Part shown: piece by piece, positions 18,659-28,542 of the stretch
Layout: every line of letters begins with the position of its first letter
How positions within the stretch are numbered: the first letter of the stretch is position 1
Assembly: GCA_963703285.1 (NCBI GenBank)
Contig: OY969807.1
Span: 96,001 to 160,000, forward strand
Direction of reading: 5' to 3'
Source: an uncultured Nitrososphaerota archaeon
GTDB lineage: Archaea; Thermoproteota; Nitrososphaeria; Nitrososphaerales; Gagatemarchaeaceae
Length of the DNA: 64,000 nucleotides
The notes under the pieces: model-generated
What the model was told of the DNA's origin: nothing
Databases searched by the model: none
The model's input: the letters and a program-made list of their open reading frames with translations, nothing else
Made by a program: the position numbers and the translations under genes

Positions 18659-19692
18659 TTGAGCCAGCAAGCGGCGTAGTGGTTCGGCGCCGCCTCCTTG
18701 AGCGGCGGTTCCTTCTCCTTGCAGATGGGCATCGCGAAGGGGCACCTGGGGTTGAACTTGCACCCGGACGGGTGGGAGGTCGACTGCGCCAGCTCTCCGA
18801 CGATGTTGATCTTCTTGATCTGTGTCTTCATGGAGGGGTCAATCACGGGCGAGGCCTGGAGCATGGCCTTGGTGTAGGGGTGCAGCGGCGTGTCCACGAG
18901 GTCGCTGGCTAGGCCCAGCTCGACCACCTTCCCCAGGTACATCACAGCTATGTTGCTCGCCACGACCTTGGCGACCGCCATGTCGTGGGTGATGAACAGG
19001 AAGGCGACACCGTGCTCCTTCGACTCCCGCTCGATTATGTTGAGGATGTCTCCCTTCAGGGAGGCGTCGAGCATCGAGACTGGCTCGTCCGCCACGACGA
19101 CCTCCGGATCGAAGAGCAGGACCCTCGCTATCCCTATCCTCTGCCTCTGGCCGCCGGAGAGCTGGAAAAGGTAGTTGCTTACGACCTCGTCCGGAAGGCC
19201 GACCCGCTTCATCACATCGGATATCTTGTTGTGTATCTCGGTACTGTCGCGTATCCCCTGGGACTGGAGGGGAAGACGGAGCGCGTCGTAGACCCTCATG
19301 TTTGGGTCGATTGACGAGAACGGATCCTGGAAGACGATCTGGAGATGCTTGCGGAGGCGCTTCCACTCTCGCCCCCTCGCGTTCCCGACGTCCTTCTCGG
19401 CCCCGTCGACCATGATCTTGACCGTTCCGCTGGACGGCCTCACCAGGCCTATCACTGCGCGGCCGAGGGTCGTCTTCCCTGAGCCGCTTTCGCCCACGAG
19501 GCCCAGTATCTCCCCCTTCGTCAGCTCGAAGGATACCCCATCGACAGCTTTCACGACGGTCGTCTTCTCCAAGAGCCTCTTCTTGATGAAGTGGACCTCG
19601 AGGTCCTTCACCCTCAGTATCGTATCTGCGGCTTCCCCGTCTCCGTCGCCCTCAGTATAGCCAGCAGGCAACCTCTTCTCCTCCTTCCGCAC
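18655..19692 (-). CDS. Oligopeptide/dipeptide ABC transporter ATPase (OppF-like)
   Basis: GESGSGKT, LSGGQRQR, ADEP, GCKFNPRCP; start uncertain. Confidence 0.92.
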   Translation of the reverse strand: MRKEEKRLPAGYTEGDGDGEAADTILRVKDLEVHFIKKRLLEKTTVVKAVDGVSFELTKGEILGLVGESGSGKTTLGRAVIGLVRPSSGTVKIMVDGAEKDVGNARGREWKRLRKHLQIVFQDPFSSIDPNMRVYDALRLPLQSQGIRDSTEIHNKISDVMKRVGLPDEVVSNYLFQLSGGQRQRIGIARVLLFDPEVVVADEPVSMLDASLKGDILNIIERESKEHGVAFLFITHDMAVAKVVASNIAVMYLGKVVELGLASDLVDTPLHPYTKAMLQASPVIDPSMKTQIKKINIVGELAQSTSHPSGCKFNPRCPFAMPICKEKEPPLKEAAPNHYAACWLN

Positions 19693-20596
19693 CCCTGAGC
19701 TCCGGTCTCTCGGCCCTGCAGACGTCCATGACGAACGGGCACCTTGGGCTGAAACTGCACATCTCCGCGGGGTTGGCCAAATCTGGCATGAACCCCGGAA
19801 TCCCCCTTATCTGCTTGGTGTGGAGCGTAGGAGTCGAGGCGAGGAGCCCCTGCGTGTACGGGTGCTTTGGCTTTCCGAAGAGGGCCTCGGACGGCCCATC
19901 CTCGACGATTCTCCCGGCGTACATGATGTAGAGCCTGTCTACGGCCTCCGAGAGCAGCGCGAGGTCGTGGGTTATCAGCAGGATGGAGATGCCCATCTCG
20001 TTCCTCAGCCTCTTCAGGAGGTTGACGATTGTCGCCTGGGTGATGACGTCGAGGGCCGTGGTCGGCTCGTCGGCTACGAGAAACTTGGGATTGAGGGCGA
20101 GGGCCATGGCGATGAAAGCCCTCTGCTTCTGACCCCCCGAGAGCTCGTGCGGATAGCGGTGCGCGATGCTCTCGTCGAGGTCGACCATCTCCAGCAGCTT
20201 CCGCACGGTGAGCTCGCTGCCCTCCTGCCCGTGTATCTTCATGACCTCCTGGATCTGGTTCCCTATGGTGAAGACGGGCGTGAACCCGTTCATGGAACCC
20301 TGAAAGACCATCGCCATCTTGGACCACCTGTATTGCTTCCTGAAATCCTCCGCGGAGAGGCCGAGGATGTCAGTCCCCTCGAACCTGACCTCTCCCCCCG
20401 CTATCCTCCCGGGCCTGCCGATCAGGCGCAGCATGCCGAGCGCGAGCGTGCTCTTCCCCGAGCCGCTCTCCCCAGCGAGCCCGACGATCTCCCCACGGTC
20501 GATGCGCAGGTCGACGTCCTCGTTCGCTCTCACCTCGCCCCGGGGGGTCGAAAAGTAGACCTTGAGGCCCTTCGCTTCCACCAGCGGCTGCGTCAT
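19652..20596 (-). CDS. Oligopeptide/dipeptide ABC transporter ATPase (OppD-like)
   Basis: GESGSGKS, YPHELSGGQKQR, ADEPTTALD. Confidence 0.92.
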   Translation of the reverse strand: MTQPLVEAKGLKVYFSTPRGEVRANEDVDLRIDRGEIVGLAGESGSGKSTLALGMLRLIGRPGRIAGGEVRFEGTDILGLSAEDFRKQYRWSKMAMVFQGSMNGFTPVFTIGNQIQEVMKIHGQEGSELTVRKLLEMVDLDESIAHRYPHELSGGQKQRAFIAMALALNPKFLVADEPTTALDVITQATIVNLLKRLRNEMGISILLITHDLALLSEAVDRLYIMYAGRIVEDGPSEALFGKPKHPYTQGLLASTPTLHTKQIRGIPGFMPDLANPAEMCSFSPRCPFVMDVCRAERPELRGAEGGEEVACWLY

Positions 20597-21969
20597 TTCG
20601 CGTTGACCCTCGGCGCGACTATCCTGTCGAGGGCGAACCCCACCAGGACGAAGGGGACGGACGCCACGAATATCATTATGCCCGGGAAGAGCACCCACCA
20701 CCACCAGCCGTGTACCGAGGCATCGAACGTGATCGCATCGTTCAGTAACCCGCCCCAGGTTATGATGTTCCCCTGCTCTATGCCCAGGAAAGCGAGCGTC
20801 TCGGCCAGGATGATCACGCCCGGCACGGAGAGGGCCGTGTATGCTATCGTGACCGGGGTGAGCCTCGGGAGGATGTGGGTAAAGAAGGACCTTGTGGACG
20901 AGATCCCCATTGCCCTGTCGGCTTCGACGTAGGTCTGGGACCGGATTGAGAGCGTAACCGACCTGGCTAGGATCGCGTAGAAGGGCCATGTTAGGAATGC
21001 GATGATGAGAGACTCGTTGAGGACGGTGAGAGGCTTCCCTGAGGAGACGGTGATGGCGACGAGGAATGCGAGGGCCGGCAGAGCCAGGATGACCAGCGCC
21101 CCCCATTGCATGAACTGGTCCTTCCAGCCACCCATGAAACCCGAGAGCCCGCCATAGATGATGCCTCCGAAGACGGAGGCTATCGAGGCTATTATCCCGA
21201 TCTCGAGCGCCCAGGGCAACCCCGCCAGGATGCCCAGGCTGATGGGCCTTCCATCGATGTCCGTCCCCATTGAACCGTAGGAGTCGCCCACGAGGGACAA
21301 CGTCGACTTCGATGATATCAGCTGGGGGCCTCCGGCTATCAACTGGACCGTCACGCTGTACGTTCCCTTCTCGACCGGGTTGGAAAGTAGCTGGGGGCCG
21401 GCCTTGTTGAAGAGCCCGGCGAGCTCTTGGCTCGGCGTTACTGTGCTGATCAGCTTTCCGGTCTGACTCTGGAGGTAGGGAAGCATGCTCTGCTCGATTG
21501 ATGAGGTCGTGAGGTCGTAGAACTGCCCAGAGGTGGGGTAGGTGACCGTGATGGGTATCGAAGACCCGTCGGGCTTTGTCCAGTTGATGGAGACCTCGTA
21601 GGCCGTGCCGTTGAAGATAGGGACGACCGCGAAGTCGCTGGGCGAGACCGCGTGGTTCCAGGCCAGGGTTGCGGTCGCGGTGTACGTGTATATCCCGCCC
21701 GACACCTGCTGAGTCCAGTCAGCCAGAGAGACCGTCGCGCTCGTGGGCGCGTCCTGGCCGAGAAGGTTCACCCAGGAGGGTGGCGCCGAGATCGGATTCC
21801 CCTGCCACGCAGTGGGGTTGTCCCATTTGTAAACCTCTGACGAGGGAATCGCCACCAAGACGTAGACTGAGGTCCCGATGAGGATGATGAGGACGATCAG
21901 CCCGAAGACCCCGGACTTGGATTTCAAGAAATCGCGGTCATAGGTCTTCAGCTGGTTTGGAGCCGACAT
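20593..21969 (-). CDS. Peptide ABC transporter permease (OppC-like)
   Basis: GTDIDGR, YVEADRAMG, WWWVLFPG. Confidence 0.9.
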   Translation of the reverse strand: MSAPNQLKTYDRDFLKSKSGVFGLIVLIILIGTSVYVLVAIPSSEVYKWDNPTAWQGNPISAPPSWVNLLGQDAPTSATVSLADWTQQVSGGIYTYTATATLAWNHAVSPSDFAVVPIFNGTAYEVSINWTKPDGSSIPITVTYPTSGQFYDLTTSSIEQSMLPYLQSQTGKLISTVTPSQELAGLFNKAGPQLLSNPVEKGTYSVTVQLIAGGPQLISSKSTLSLVGDSYGSMGTDIDGRPISLGILAGLPWALEIGIIASIASVFGGIIYGGLSGFMGGWKDQFMQWGALVILALPALAFLVAITVSSGKPLTVLNESLIIAFLTWPFYAILARSVTLSIRSQTYVEADRAMGISSTRSFFTHILPRLTPVTIAYTALSVPGVIILAETLAFLGIEQGNIITWGGLLNDAITFDASVHGWWWWVLFPGIMIFVASVPFVLVGFALDRIVAPRVNAK

Positions 21970-21972
21970 CCT

Positions 21973-23025
21973 TTACTCGCCCGTCTTTATCCTCGGGTCG
22001 AGAAGGCCGTAGGTCAGCTCCCCGATGTAGAGTCCTAGGAAGAGTATCAAGGTCAGGATGAAGGTGGAGCCCACAATGACGGGAAGGTCGTTTTGATTTA
22101 TGGCGATGAAGGTCAAATAGCCGAGACCCGGCCACCTGAAGACTACTTCTGTCGTTATCCCTCCCCCGAAGGAGCCTGCCACGGCCAGGATCGACTGGGT
22201 CGCGATGCTGGGCGAAGCCGCCCTCAACACGTGCCTGAAGAGCACCCTGTTCTCTGTCATCCCCCTCGCCCTAGCTGTCGTAACGAAGTCCTCTCCCATG
22301 GTGGATACCGCTAAGCTCCTCGTCACATAGGCGAAGCCGCCGACGTTGACGATGAAGAAGGCTAGGAGGGGCAGGGTCAGGTGCGCTAGGAGGTCTGCGA
22401 AGTGCGGGAGGATCGCAGCGGGCGGCGGAACGGACGAAATCCCGCCCGAGGGGAGGACGTTAAGCGAGTACGCGAAATAGGCTATCAGGATGAATCCTAT
22501 CCACCAGGTCGGGAGGCTGGAGTGGATAACGGCGATTATCGGGATGGACCTGTCGAACTTCCCGCCGGCCGACCTCGCCGCCAGGAGTCCGAGCATTGCA
22601 CCCACAGCGACCACGATGAGAGTCCCCGTCGTGAAGAGGAGGATCGTGTTCGGCAGGTAGGCGACGATTATGCTCAAGACCTGTTTGGAGCCATCCGGAG
22701 CCTGAAGGAAGTAGGCCGAACCAAGGTGGAACTCGAACAGATTGACCATCTGCAATGCGAACTTGACGGGAAACGGCTGGTTGAACCCGAAGGCGGATAG
22801 GTAGGTCGCTTTGTACGTCGCGACTGCCGTTGTAATCGCGGTGAGGCTAAGCCCCGAGTGCGACTTTATCAGATTGCGCTGGAACTCGCTCGCCGCTTCG
22901 TCCGCAGTAGCCTCGATGACCTTCTGCATCGTTGGATAGATTCCAACATAGAGTATGGATACGGCTCCGAACAGCGCGAGTACATAGGACACGGTTTTCG
23001 TCAGGACAAAACGGGCGTATCCCAT
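21973..23025 (-). CDS. Peptide ABC transporter permease (OppB-like)
   Basis: DFVTTARARG, EVVFRWPGLG, YGLLDPRI. Confidence 0.9.
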   Translation of the reverse strand: MGYARFVLTKTVSYVLALFGAVSILYVGIYPTMQKVIEATADEAASEFQRNLIKSHSGLSLTAITTAVATYKATYLSAFGFNQPFPVKFALQMVNLFEFHLGSAYFLQAPDGSKQVLSIIVAYLPNTILLFTTGTLIVVAVGAMLGLLAARSAGGKFDRSIPIIAVIHSSLPTWWIGFILIAYFAYSLNVLPSGGISSVPPPAAILPHFADLLAHLTLPLLAFFIVNVGGFAYVTRSLAVSTMGEDFVTTARARGMTENRVLFRHVLRAASPSIATQSILAVAGSFGGGITTEVVFRWPGLGYLTFIAINQNDLPVIVGSTFILTLILFLGLYIGELTYGLLDPRIKTGE

Positions 23026-23389
23026 TGTCGGACAATGCCGTGGAGCCTCCTATTAACATTAGCATTCGACGGAATCTGGATTCTGGCGACAGTTCCGGCT
23101 CCTCATGGGTCGACTTGTCCCCTTCGTTCCGCTGAGATTCCATCACTCGTCCCTCCCCGCTTTCACAGTGCGGGAAGAAGCGTTGCCAGATGAGGAAACG
23201 CGAGTCCTCCGAGCTCCGACCGGTTGAAGCGTTTGCTGCGAATCCGGATCCCGACTAGCTCCGCCTGCGCGTTTTGCATTGACTGATGTGGCGAAGCTTC
23301 CTGAAGTTGTCCTTCGGAGCGTTCCGCGGGGCGCGGGAGCATCGCGAGCAAGTGTTATATACGGCAGGCTCCCCTTAAGCGGCTTAAGA

Positions 23390-26104
23390 ATGGTAAGCAT
23401 TCTCAAGAACAAAAAGGCGCTCTTGGTTCTCGTAGTTATGCCGTTGTTGGCGATATCATCGCTCGTGGCGGTTCCGCTTGCACAGGGGTCGACGATCACC
23501 ATACCATCGTCCCCGTCGCTCAATAGCATCACGCTCACTTCCTATAACGGTGCAGACTCATCAGGGGTCTCTGACCTTGTGGCTGGGAAGATCCAGGCGT
23601 ACGACTTTGCGGTCACGCCCACCGAGGCGTCAACCGTGCCGTCCACCTTCGACCAGTACAAGGCCCCTGCTTCTTGGTACGGGCTTGAGATTAACCCGAC
23701 CAACACAGCTCAGGGCTACAACCCGTTCCAGCTCCAGGCTGTGAGGTTCGCGCTCAACTACCTCGTCAACAGGAACTACTTCGTAGGAACGTTGCTCGGA
23801 GGCGAGGGGATTCCGACCGTCTCGGTCTTCGGCGGCGAGCCAGACCAACTGATTACGTCCTCGGCGACCGCGCCCTACGCAGGCATCACCTACTCGGTCA
23901 GCACGGCCAACTCCTCGATCTACACTGCGCTGATAGGCGCAGGAGCGACGTTCAAGGACACCTCGACTCCGCAGTGGTACTACAAGGGACAGGCCATAAC
24001 CATCAGCATCTTCGACAGGACGGATGACCCGATCAGGCACACCTTCGACGGCCAACTCGCGTCCGAGCTCAAGTCGATAGGATTCGCCGTCACAGTCATC
24101 CCCGGAACCCTCCAGACAGCCGACACGATAGTCTACGGCACGGACCCGGCGAACGCTACCTGGGACATCTATCCCGCAAGCTACGGTGATGTGTACAGCT
24201 ACTATGACGAAGGCTTCGCAGAGCTCTACGCTCCGATAGCGGGCGCCATCCCGGCCAGCAGCGCACAGGGCCTCGCCTTTGGCACGTATAACGACACAGC
24301 GAAGGAGCAGCCGTCCACGGTCGCGCTTCTGAACACAGCGGACACCCAGGCTCTCAACTTCTTCACGACCAACTTCACGAGCATCACTCAGAGGGACGCA
24401 GACCTCAACACTCTGACGGGGGCGGGGGTGCAAGCCGCAGTCGTGATAGGCATTGCGACATCGCTCGCGCCCTACGACGCATCGCCCTCGCTGCAGGGAG
24501 TCACAGCCAACTTCGTCGACGACCCGATCGACAACGCTCTCTCCTTCCTCACCATGAACACCGCCTCTGGGACGGCCGACATTGGCGTCCGTTACCTGGC
24601 CGAGTCCTCGTTGAACCCGGTGGGCGGATATTCAGACACCTACAGTGTCACCTGGTCCGAAGCGACTTCCTTCCCTCCGGTCTTCTATGAGCCGTCGACT
24701 GGCTACCCGTACACAGTCGGTTGGAGCTTCAATGTGAAGGGCGACAACCCGACTCCGACGATATCGGTCCCGACGAGCGCGGTAGTGATGAACGCCACCC
24801 AAGACAAGTTCGTCAACGTTGCCTCGGGGACGACCGCCAAGACCGCGGTGATAGCCAACTTCGCCCCGATGCTTCAGCAATCCTGGGCGGACGGCCAGCC
24901 TCTGACGCTGGCAGACATCCTCTACCAGTACATCCTTGCCGGTGAGGTCACCCAGAACCCGAACAGCCCTGTGTATGACGGCTACTCGGCTGCGGTCTAC
25001 GGTCCATCCTGGCAGACCGTGGTGGGCCTGCAGATCATCAACGCGACCTCGGTGGAGGTCTACTCGACCTTCTATTATCCAGACACGTACTACGCGGGCA
25101 TCAACGCCGCGGGCGCGCTCTTCGCGTTCACCCCGACCACCGGCGCTCAGGGAATGCTCCCATGGCAGGTCTACGCTGGCATGGCCAGCCTGGTCGCCAA
25201 CGGAAAGGACGTCTGGTCCAGTTCGACGTCTGTCGCAAAGGGCCTGCCGTGGCTCTCTCTGGTCAACCCGACCGACGTCTCCAACCTCAACTCGGCGGTC
25301 ACCAGCTACGCCTCCCAGTCGTACATCCCGCCGGAGTTCGCCTCGCTCCAGACTCTCACCGGAGTCAGCCTCGTGACGGCGACCACAGCGAAAGCAGGAT
25401 TCACCGCGGCCTCGACATTCATAGGGAAGTACGGAAACGGGATAATCGGCAACGGCCCGTTCATCCTAACCGACTACTCCTCTTCCACCTCTCCGGCCTT
25501 CGCTACGCTGACGAAGAACCCGGCCTTCACGTGGGGCAACCAGATGTCTGCGCAGCTAGCACAGGCACCAGTCTTCCTCACCGCAGAGGCGCAGATTCCG
25601 CCGATTGTCTCACCGGGGCAGTCGATCACCGTGACGGCAGTGCAGACGGCCGAAGGCACGGGAGCGACATCGCCCGCCGCAGGCGTCAACGTGACCCTAC
25701 AGATGGTAACGAACGGTGCAGTGGCATACCAGGGTAGCTTCACGACGAGTTCGGCTGGGACAGTCTCAGTGACAATCCCCTCCACCCTCGCCACAGGATC
25801 GTACACCCTCTCCATATACACCGCATCGGCCGGGTCCACGCTGTACAACCCGCTGGTCGAGACGGTGCAGCTAAGTCCAATCACCACCACGACGACCTCT
25901 TCGTCTCCGACCACATCGTCTCAGACGACCACGTCCACGTCCACTACAACGACCACATCCTCTACCACGACGACTACGTCGCTCTCGCCGACCGTGGTGG
26001 GTGTCATCACCCTGGTGGCCCTCGTCGCAACGGCCAGCATCGCAATCGGAACCAGCCGCAGGCGGAGCAACGCAGGAAGATCACAGCCGTCGTCTCTCCT
26101 CTGA
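23390..26104 (+). CDS. Peptide ABC transporter substrate-binding protein with S/T linker and C-terminal anchor
   Basis: Signal peptide, VRFALNYLVNR, WADGQPLTLADILY, GNGPF, poly-Thr/Ser, TM tail. Confidence 0.88.
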   Translation: MVSILKNKKALLVLVVMPLLAISSLVAVPLAQGSTITIPSSPSLNSITLTSYNGADSSGVSDLVAGKIQAYDFAVTPTEASTVPSTFDQYKAPASWYGLEINPTNTAQGYNPFQLQAVRFALNYLVNRNYFVGTLLGGEGIPTVSVFGGEPDQLITSSATAPYAGITYSVSTANSSIYTALIGAGATFKDTSTPQWYYKGQAITISIFDRTDDPIRHTFDGQLASELKSIGFAVTVIPGTLQTADTIVYGTDPANATWDIYPASYGDVYSYYDEGFAELYAPIAGAIPASSAQGLAFGTYNDTAKEQPSTVALLNTADTQALNFFTTNFTSITQRDADLNTLTGAGVQAAVVIGIATSLAPYDASPSLQGVTANFVDDPIDNALSFLTMNTASGTADIGVRYLAESSLNPVGGYSDTYSVTWSEATSFPPVFYEPSTGYPYTVGWSFNVKGDNPTPTISVPTSAVVMNATQDKFVNVASGTTAKTAVIANFAPMLQQSWADGQPLTLADILYQYILAGEVTQNPNSPVYDGYSAAVYGPSWQTVVGLQIINATSVEVYSTFYYPDTYYAGINAAGALFAFTPTTGAQGMLPWQVYAGMASLVANGKDVWSSSTSVAKGLPWLSLVNPTDVSNLNSAVTSYASQSYIPPEFASLQTLTGVSLVTATTAKAGFTAASTFIGKYGNGIIGNGPFILTDYSSSTSPAFATLTKNPAFTWGNQMSAQLAQAPVFLTAEAQIPPIVSPGQSITVTAVQTAEGTGATSPAAGVNVTLQMVTNGAVAYQGSFTTSSAGTVSVTIPSTLATGSYTLSIYTASAGSTLYNPLVETVQLSPITTTTTSSSPTTSSQTTTSTSTTTTTSSTTTTTSLSPTVVGVITLVALVATASIAIGTSRRRSNAGRSQPSSLL

Positions 26105-26122
26105 GAGTCGACCCATCGTCCA

Positions 26123-26146
26123 GCGGGAGGCTACTCTGCCTCCCGT
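26123..26146. terminator. GC-rich hairpin downstream of the substrate-binding protein gene
   Basis: GCGGGAGGC-TACTCT-GCCTCCCGT stem-loop; function inferred. Confidence 0.35.
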
Positions 26147-26251
26147 CATTTCATCCTCCATCTAGCGATGACTCTGTCGCTACTACGAGTCCGCTTTCTC
26201 CGTTTTCTAAGGTAGGTCCTAAAATAGGCGGCCGACTTCATCCATCGCAGG

Positions 26252-26866
26252 GTGCCCTGGTTGAACCTCTCCGGACCACTACCGACGGTAGAGACTCCCT
26301 TCGAAATCCTCTCAAAGAAGATGCGGGGGGACGGGGCCGCCTTCGAGGCGCTCCGCGAGCTATCATCACAGTTCCGGATGAGCCTCCAGTCGGGACTCAC
26401 CGGACCCGTACCGGACCAGGTGCTCTCGGCCATTGCCCTGATCAACTTCGGGATGACCCCTGAATCCGTAAGCTCCCTCCTTACCTGGCGGGAGTTCGAG
26501 GGGTTCTGCGCAGGCGTCTTGAGGGCCTACGGATACGGGGTCTCTACGAACATAGTCCTCACCAAGCCCCGCAGGCAGATCGACGTCTTCGCCCAGGCGT
26601 CCACCCTCGCCCTCTGCGTCGACTGCAAGCACTGGGGCAGAACGTTCTCTCCTTCCTCACTCGAGAGGATCGCCAGGGAGCAGATAGAGCGAGCCTCGCT
26701 CTACAAGGAGAAGCGGTCTGTCAAGACGCCAATCCTGCCAATGGTCCTGACCCTCCTCGACGGTCCAGCGAGGGAAACCCTCGGGGTCCCCATCGTCCCG
26801 GTCTTCGCGATGGGGGATTTCCTCGCCTCCGTGAGCCGCTTCGAGTCCGGGCTCGTCATGGTCTGA
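26252..26866 (+). CDS. PD-(D/E)XK restriction-endonuclease-like (Mrr-like) protein
   Basis: WREFEGF, QIDVFA, VDCKHW. Confidence 0.75.
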   Translation: MPWLNLSGPLPTVETPFEILSKKMRGDGAAFEALRELSSQFRMSLQSGLTGPVPDQVLSAIALINFGMTPESVSSLLTWREFEGFCAGVLRAYGYGVSTNIVLTKPRRQIDVFAQASTLALCVDCKHWGRTFSPSSLERIAREQIERASLYKEKRSVKTPILPMVLTLLDGPARETLGVPIVPVFAMGDFLASVSRFESGLVMV

Positions 26867-26986
26867 GTGTGCGCCCCTCCTGCTGCGGCGCCGACAATCC
26901 CGGAGCGCTGGCGCCCGCGATCGACCAACCCCTAGGAGGACCGACCCCAACCAATGCTTTATAGTTCGTGACGGGTTGGCTGGGCT

Positions 26987-27052
26987 GGGGGCTGTGATGA
27001 ATCAGAGTTACGAGAACCTAAGCGTGACGAGAAGGCATTTGTCTGAGCCTCC
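26987..27052 (+). ncRNA. Box C/D methylation guide sRNA
   Basis: C GTGATGA 26994-27000, C' GTGACGA 27024-30, D CTGA 27043-46, terminal stem GGGGGC/GCCTCC, TATA CTTTATAG 26957; guides complementary to conserved 23S motifs. Confidence 0.85.
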
Positions 27053-27137
27053 ATCCAACAGACGGCAGCTCGCCCGGATGCGAACCATGCTGCCGGTCAC
27101 CGCCTAGTTTTAAGGCGGGGCCCCCGAGTCGAGCCTC

Positions 27138-27740
27138 ATGAGGGTCCACCCCAACAAGAGGGGAATCAGGGTTCTCGGCATCGCCGAGAGCTTCCGGAAG
27201 GGCGACTCTCGCTCGGTACTCGGCGGCGTGGTGATGAGGTCGGACCTCGTCATAGACGGGATCTCACTCGGCGAGACGACTGTGGGGGGCGACGATGCGA
27301 CGGCCTCGATAGCGGAGCTGTATCGTCGGCTCAAGAGGCAGGACGTGAACGTCTTGATGCTCTCGGGCTGCGTGATAAGCCACTACAACATAGTGGACCT
27401 CGACTTGCTCGCGAAGAAAGTTGGTCGACCCTTGATCTGCCTGACCTACCGGGAATCGTCGGGCATCGAGGACGCCATAACCCGCGAGTTCGGGGCGGCC
27501 ACAGAGAAGCTAGCTCTCTACAGGAAGCTCGGCGAGCGCGTCAGGATGGTGCTCCATACGGGCCACCCCGTCTATGCTCGTCTCGCTTCCATCTCGCGGC
27601 CGGACGCTCTGCGCGTCATAGAATCTTTCGCCCTCCAGGGCGGAATCCCGGAGCCGGTCAGGGTCGCCAAGCTGCTCGCCCACGCCAGGCGCTCCTCGGG
27701 TCAGCCGGGCGTGCGTATGTCGGCGACGAGCTCCAGGTAG
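27138..27740 (+). CDS. DUF99 family (endonuclease V-like) protein
   Basis: LGIAESF, GGDDAT, YNIVD, IPEPVRVAKLLA. Confidence 0.85.
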   Translation: MRVHPNKRGIRVLGIAESFRKGDSRSVLGGVVMRSDLVIDGISLGETTVGGDDATASIAELYRRLKRQDVNVLMLSGCVISHYNIVDLDLLAKKVGRPLICLTYRESSGIEDAITREFGAATEKLALYRKLGERVRMVLHTGHPVYARLASISRPDALRVIESFALQGGIPEPVRVAKLLAHARRSSGQPGVRMSATSSR

Positions 27741-28528
27741 TGGGGTCCTATCTCTCTGACCCTCCTGCTCGTCCAGCCGTATCCCTCCCCGAGCAACCCT
27801 CGCAGCTCCGTCTGCAGATTGGACGTCGCCTCTGCGACGTCGGCGCCCGAGACGTGCCTGTAGTAGTGTATCCAGCACCCCTTCTTCGCGAGCCGTTGTG
27901 CGACCGCTAGGAACCGGTTCGACTGGGACGGGTGCGGCATGAGTATCCTGTCAAACTTCGTGTCCAGGAGTCCGGGGAGCTCTGCCGCGTCCACGTTCGA
28001 CATGCGCATCCTCGCGACCACCTTGTTGAGCCTGTTGTTCTCGAGGTGCAGTCCGTACGCGGCCCCGTTGAGCTCGTTGCTGTAGACCTCCGCCACCTTC
28101 CTCTTCGCGATGGTGATCGAGAACGGACCTACTCCTGCGAACATGTTCAGCACAGTCTCCCCGTCTTCGACGAGGTCCGCTATCCTCGCCCTCTCGGTCG
28201 AGAGCCGGGGTGAGAAGTAGCACGTCTCGACATCGACCATGAGCCTTAGACCGTTCTCTCTGTGGAGGGTCAGCGTCCTCTCCTCCCCCGCCAGGTGCCT
28301 GAGCCTCCTGAGCCTGAAATCTCCCTCCAGTCCCCCCTCTTGATCGTACACGGCCTTGACGCTCTTCATCGTTGCCAGAATGGCCCGACCGACCGCAGGG
28401 CCAGCCTTCTTGTCTCCAGGCAGCTTCACGATGGCGATGTCACCGATCACGTCTATCCCGGTCTCCAGCGCACCCTGCTGCTCCGGCGGTAGGACGTCCT
28501 TCAGCGAGTCTCTGAGCAGCCTGACCAA
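27701..28528 (-). CDS. Trm5/TYW2-like SAM-dependent tRNA methyltransferase
   Basis: DVIGDIA, YFSPRLSTER, NMFAGVGPF, DRILMP. Confidence 0.88.
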   Translation of the reverse strand: MVRLLRDSLKDVLPPEQQGALETGIDVIGDIAIVKLPGDKKAGPAVGRAILATMKSVKAVYDQEGGLEGDFRLRRLRHLAGEERTLTLHRENGLRLMVDVETCYFSPRLSTERARIADLVEDGETVLNMFAGVGPFSITIAKRKVAEVYSNELNGAAYGLHLENNRLNKVVARMRMSNVDAAELPGLLDTKFDRILMPHPSQSNRFLAVAQRLAKKGCWIHYYRHVSGADVAEATSNLQTELRGLLGEGYGWTSRRVREIGPHYLELVADIRTPG

Positions 28529-28542
28529 ACGGGCCCCACCCG

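Noticed and set aside
23030-23385. Long intergenic region as a structured ncRNA or riboswitch
   Set aside because: No recognisable family motif; explained as divergent promoter region (TATTAA near 23050, GTTATATA near 23353)
25880-25980. ACC/ACG-rich tracts here and at 32200-32480 as DNA repeats
   Set aside because: They encode Thr/Ser linkers of anchored surface proteins
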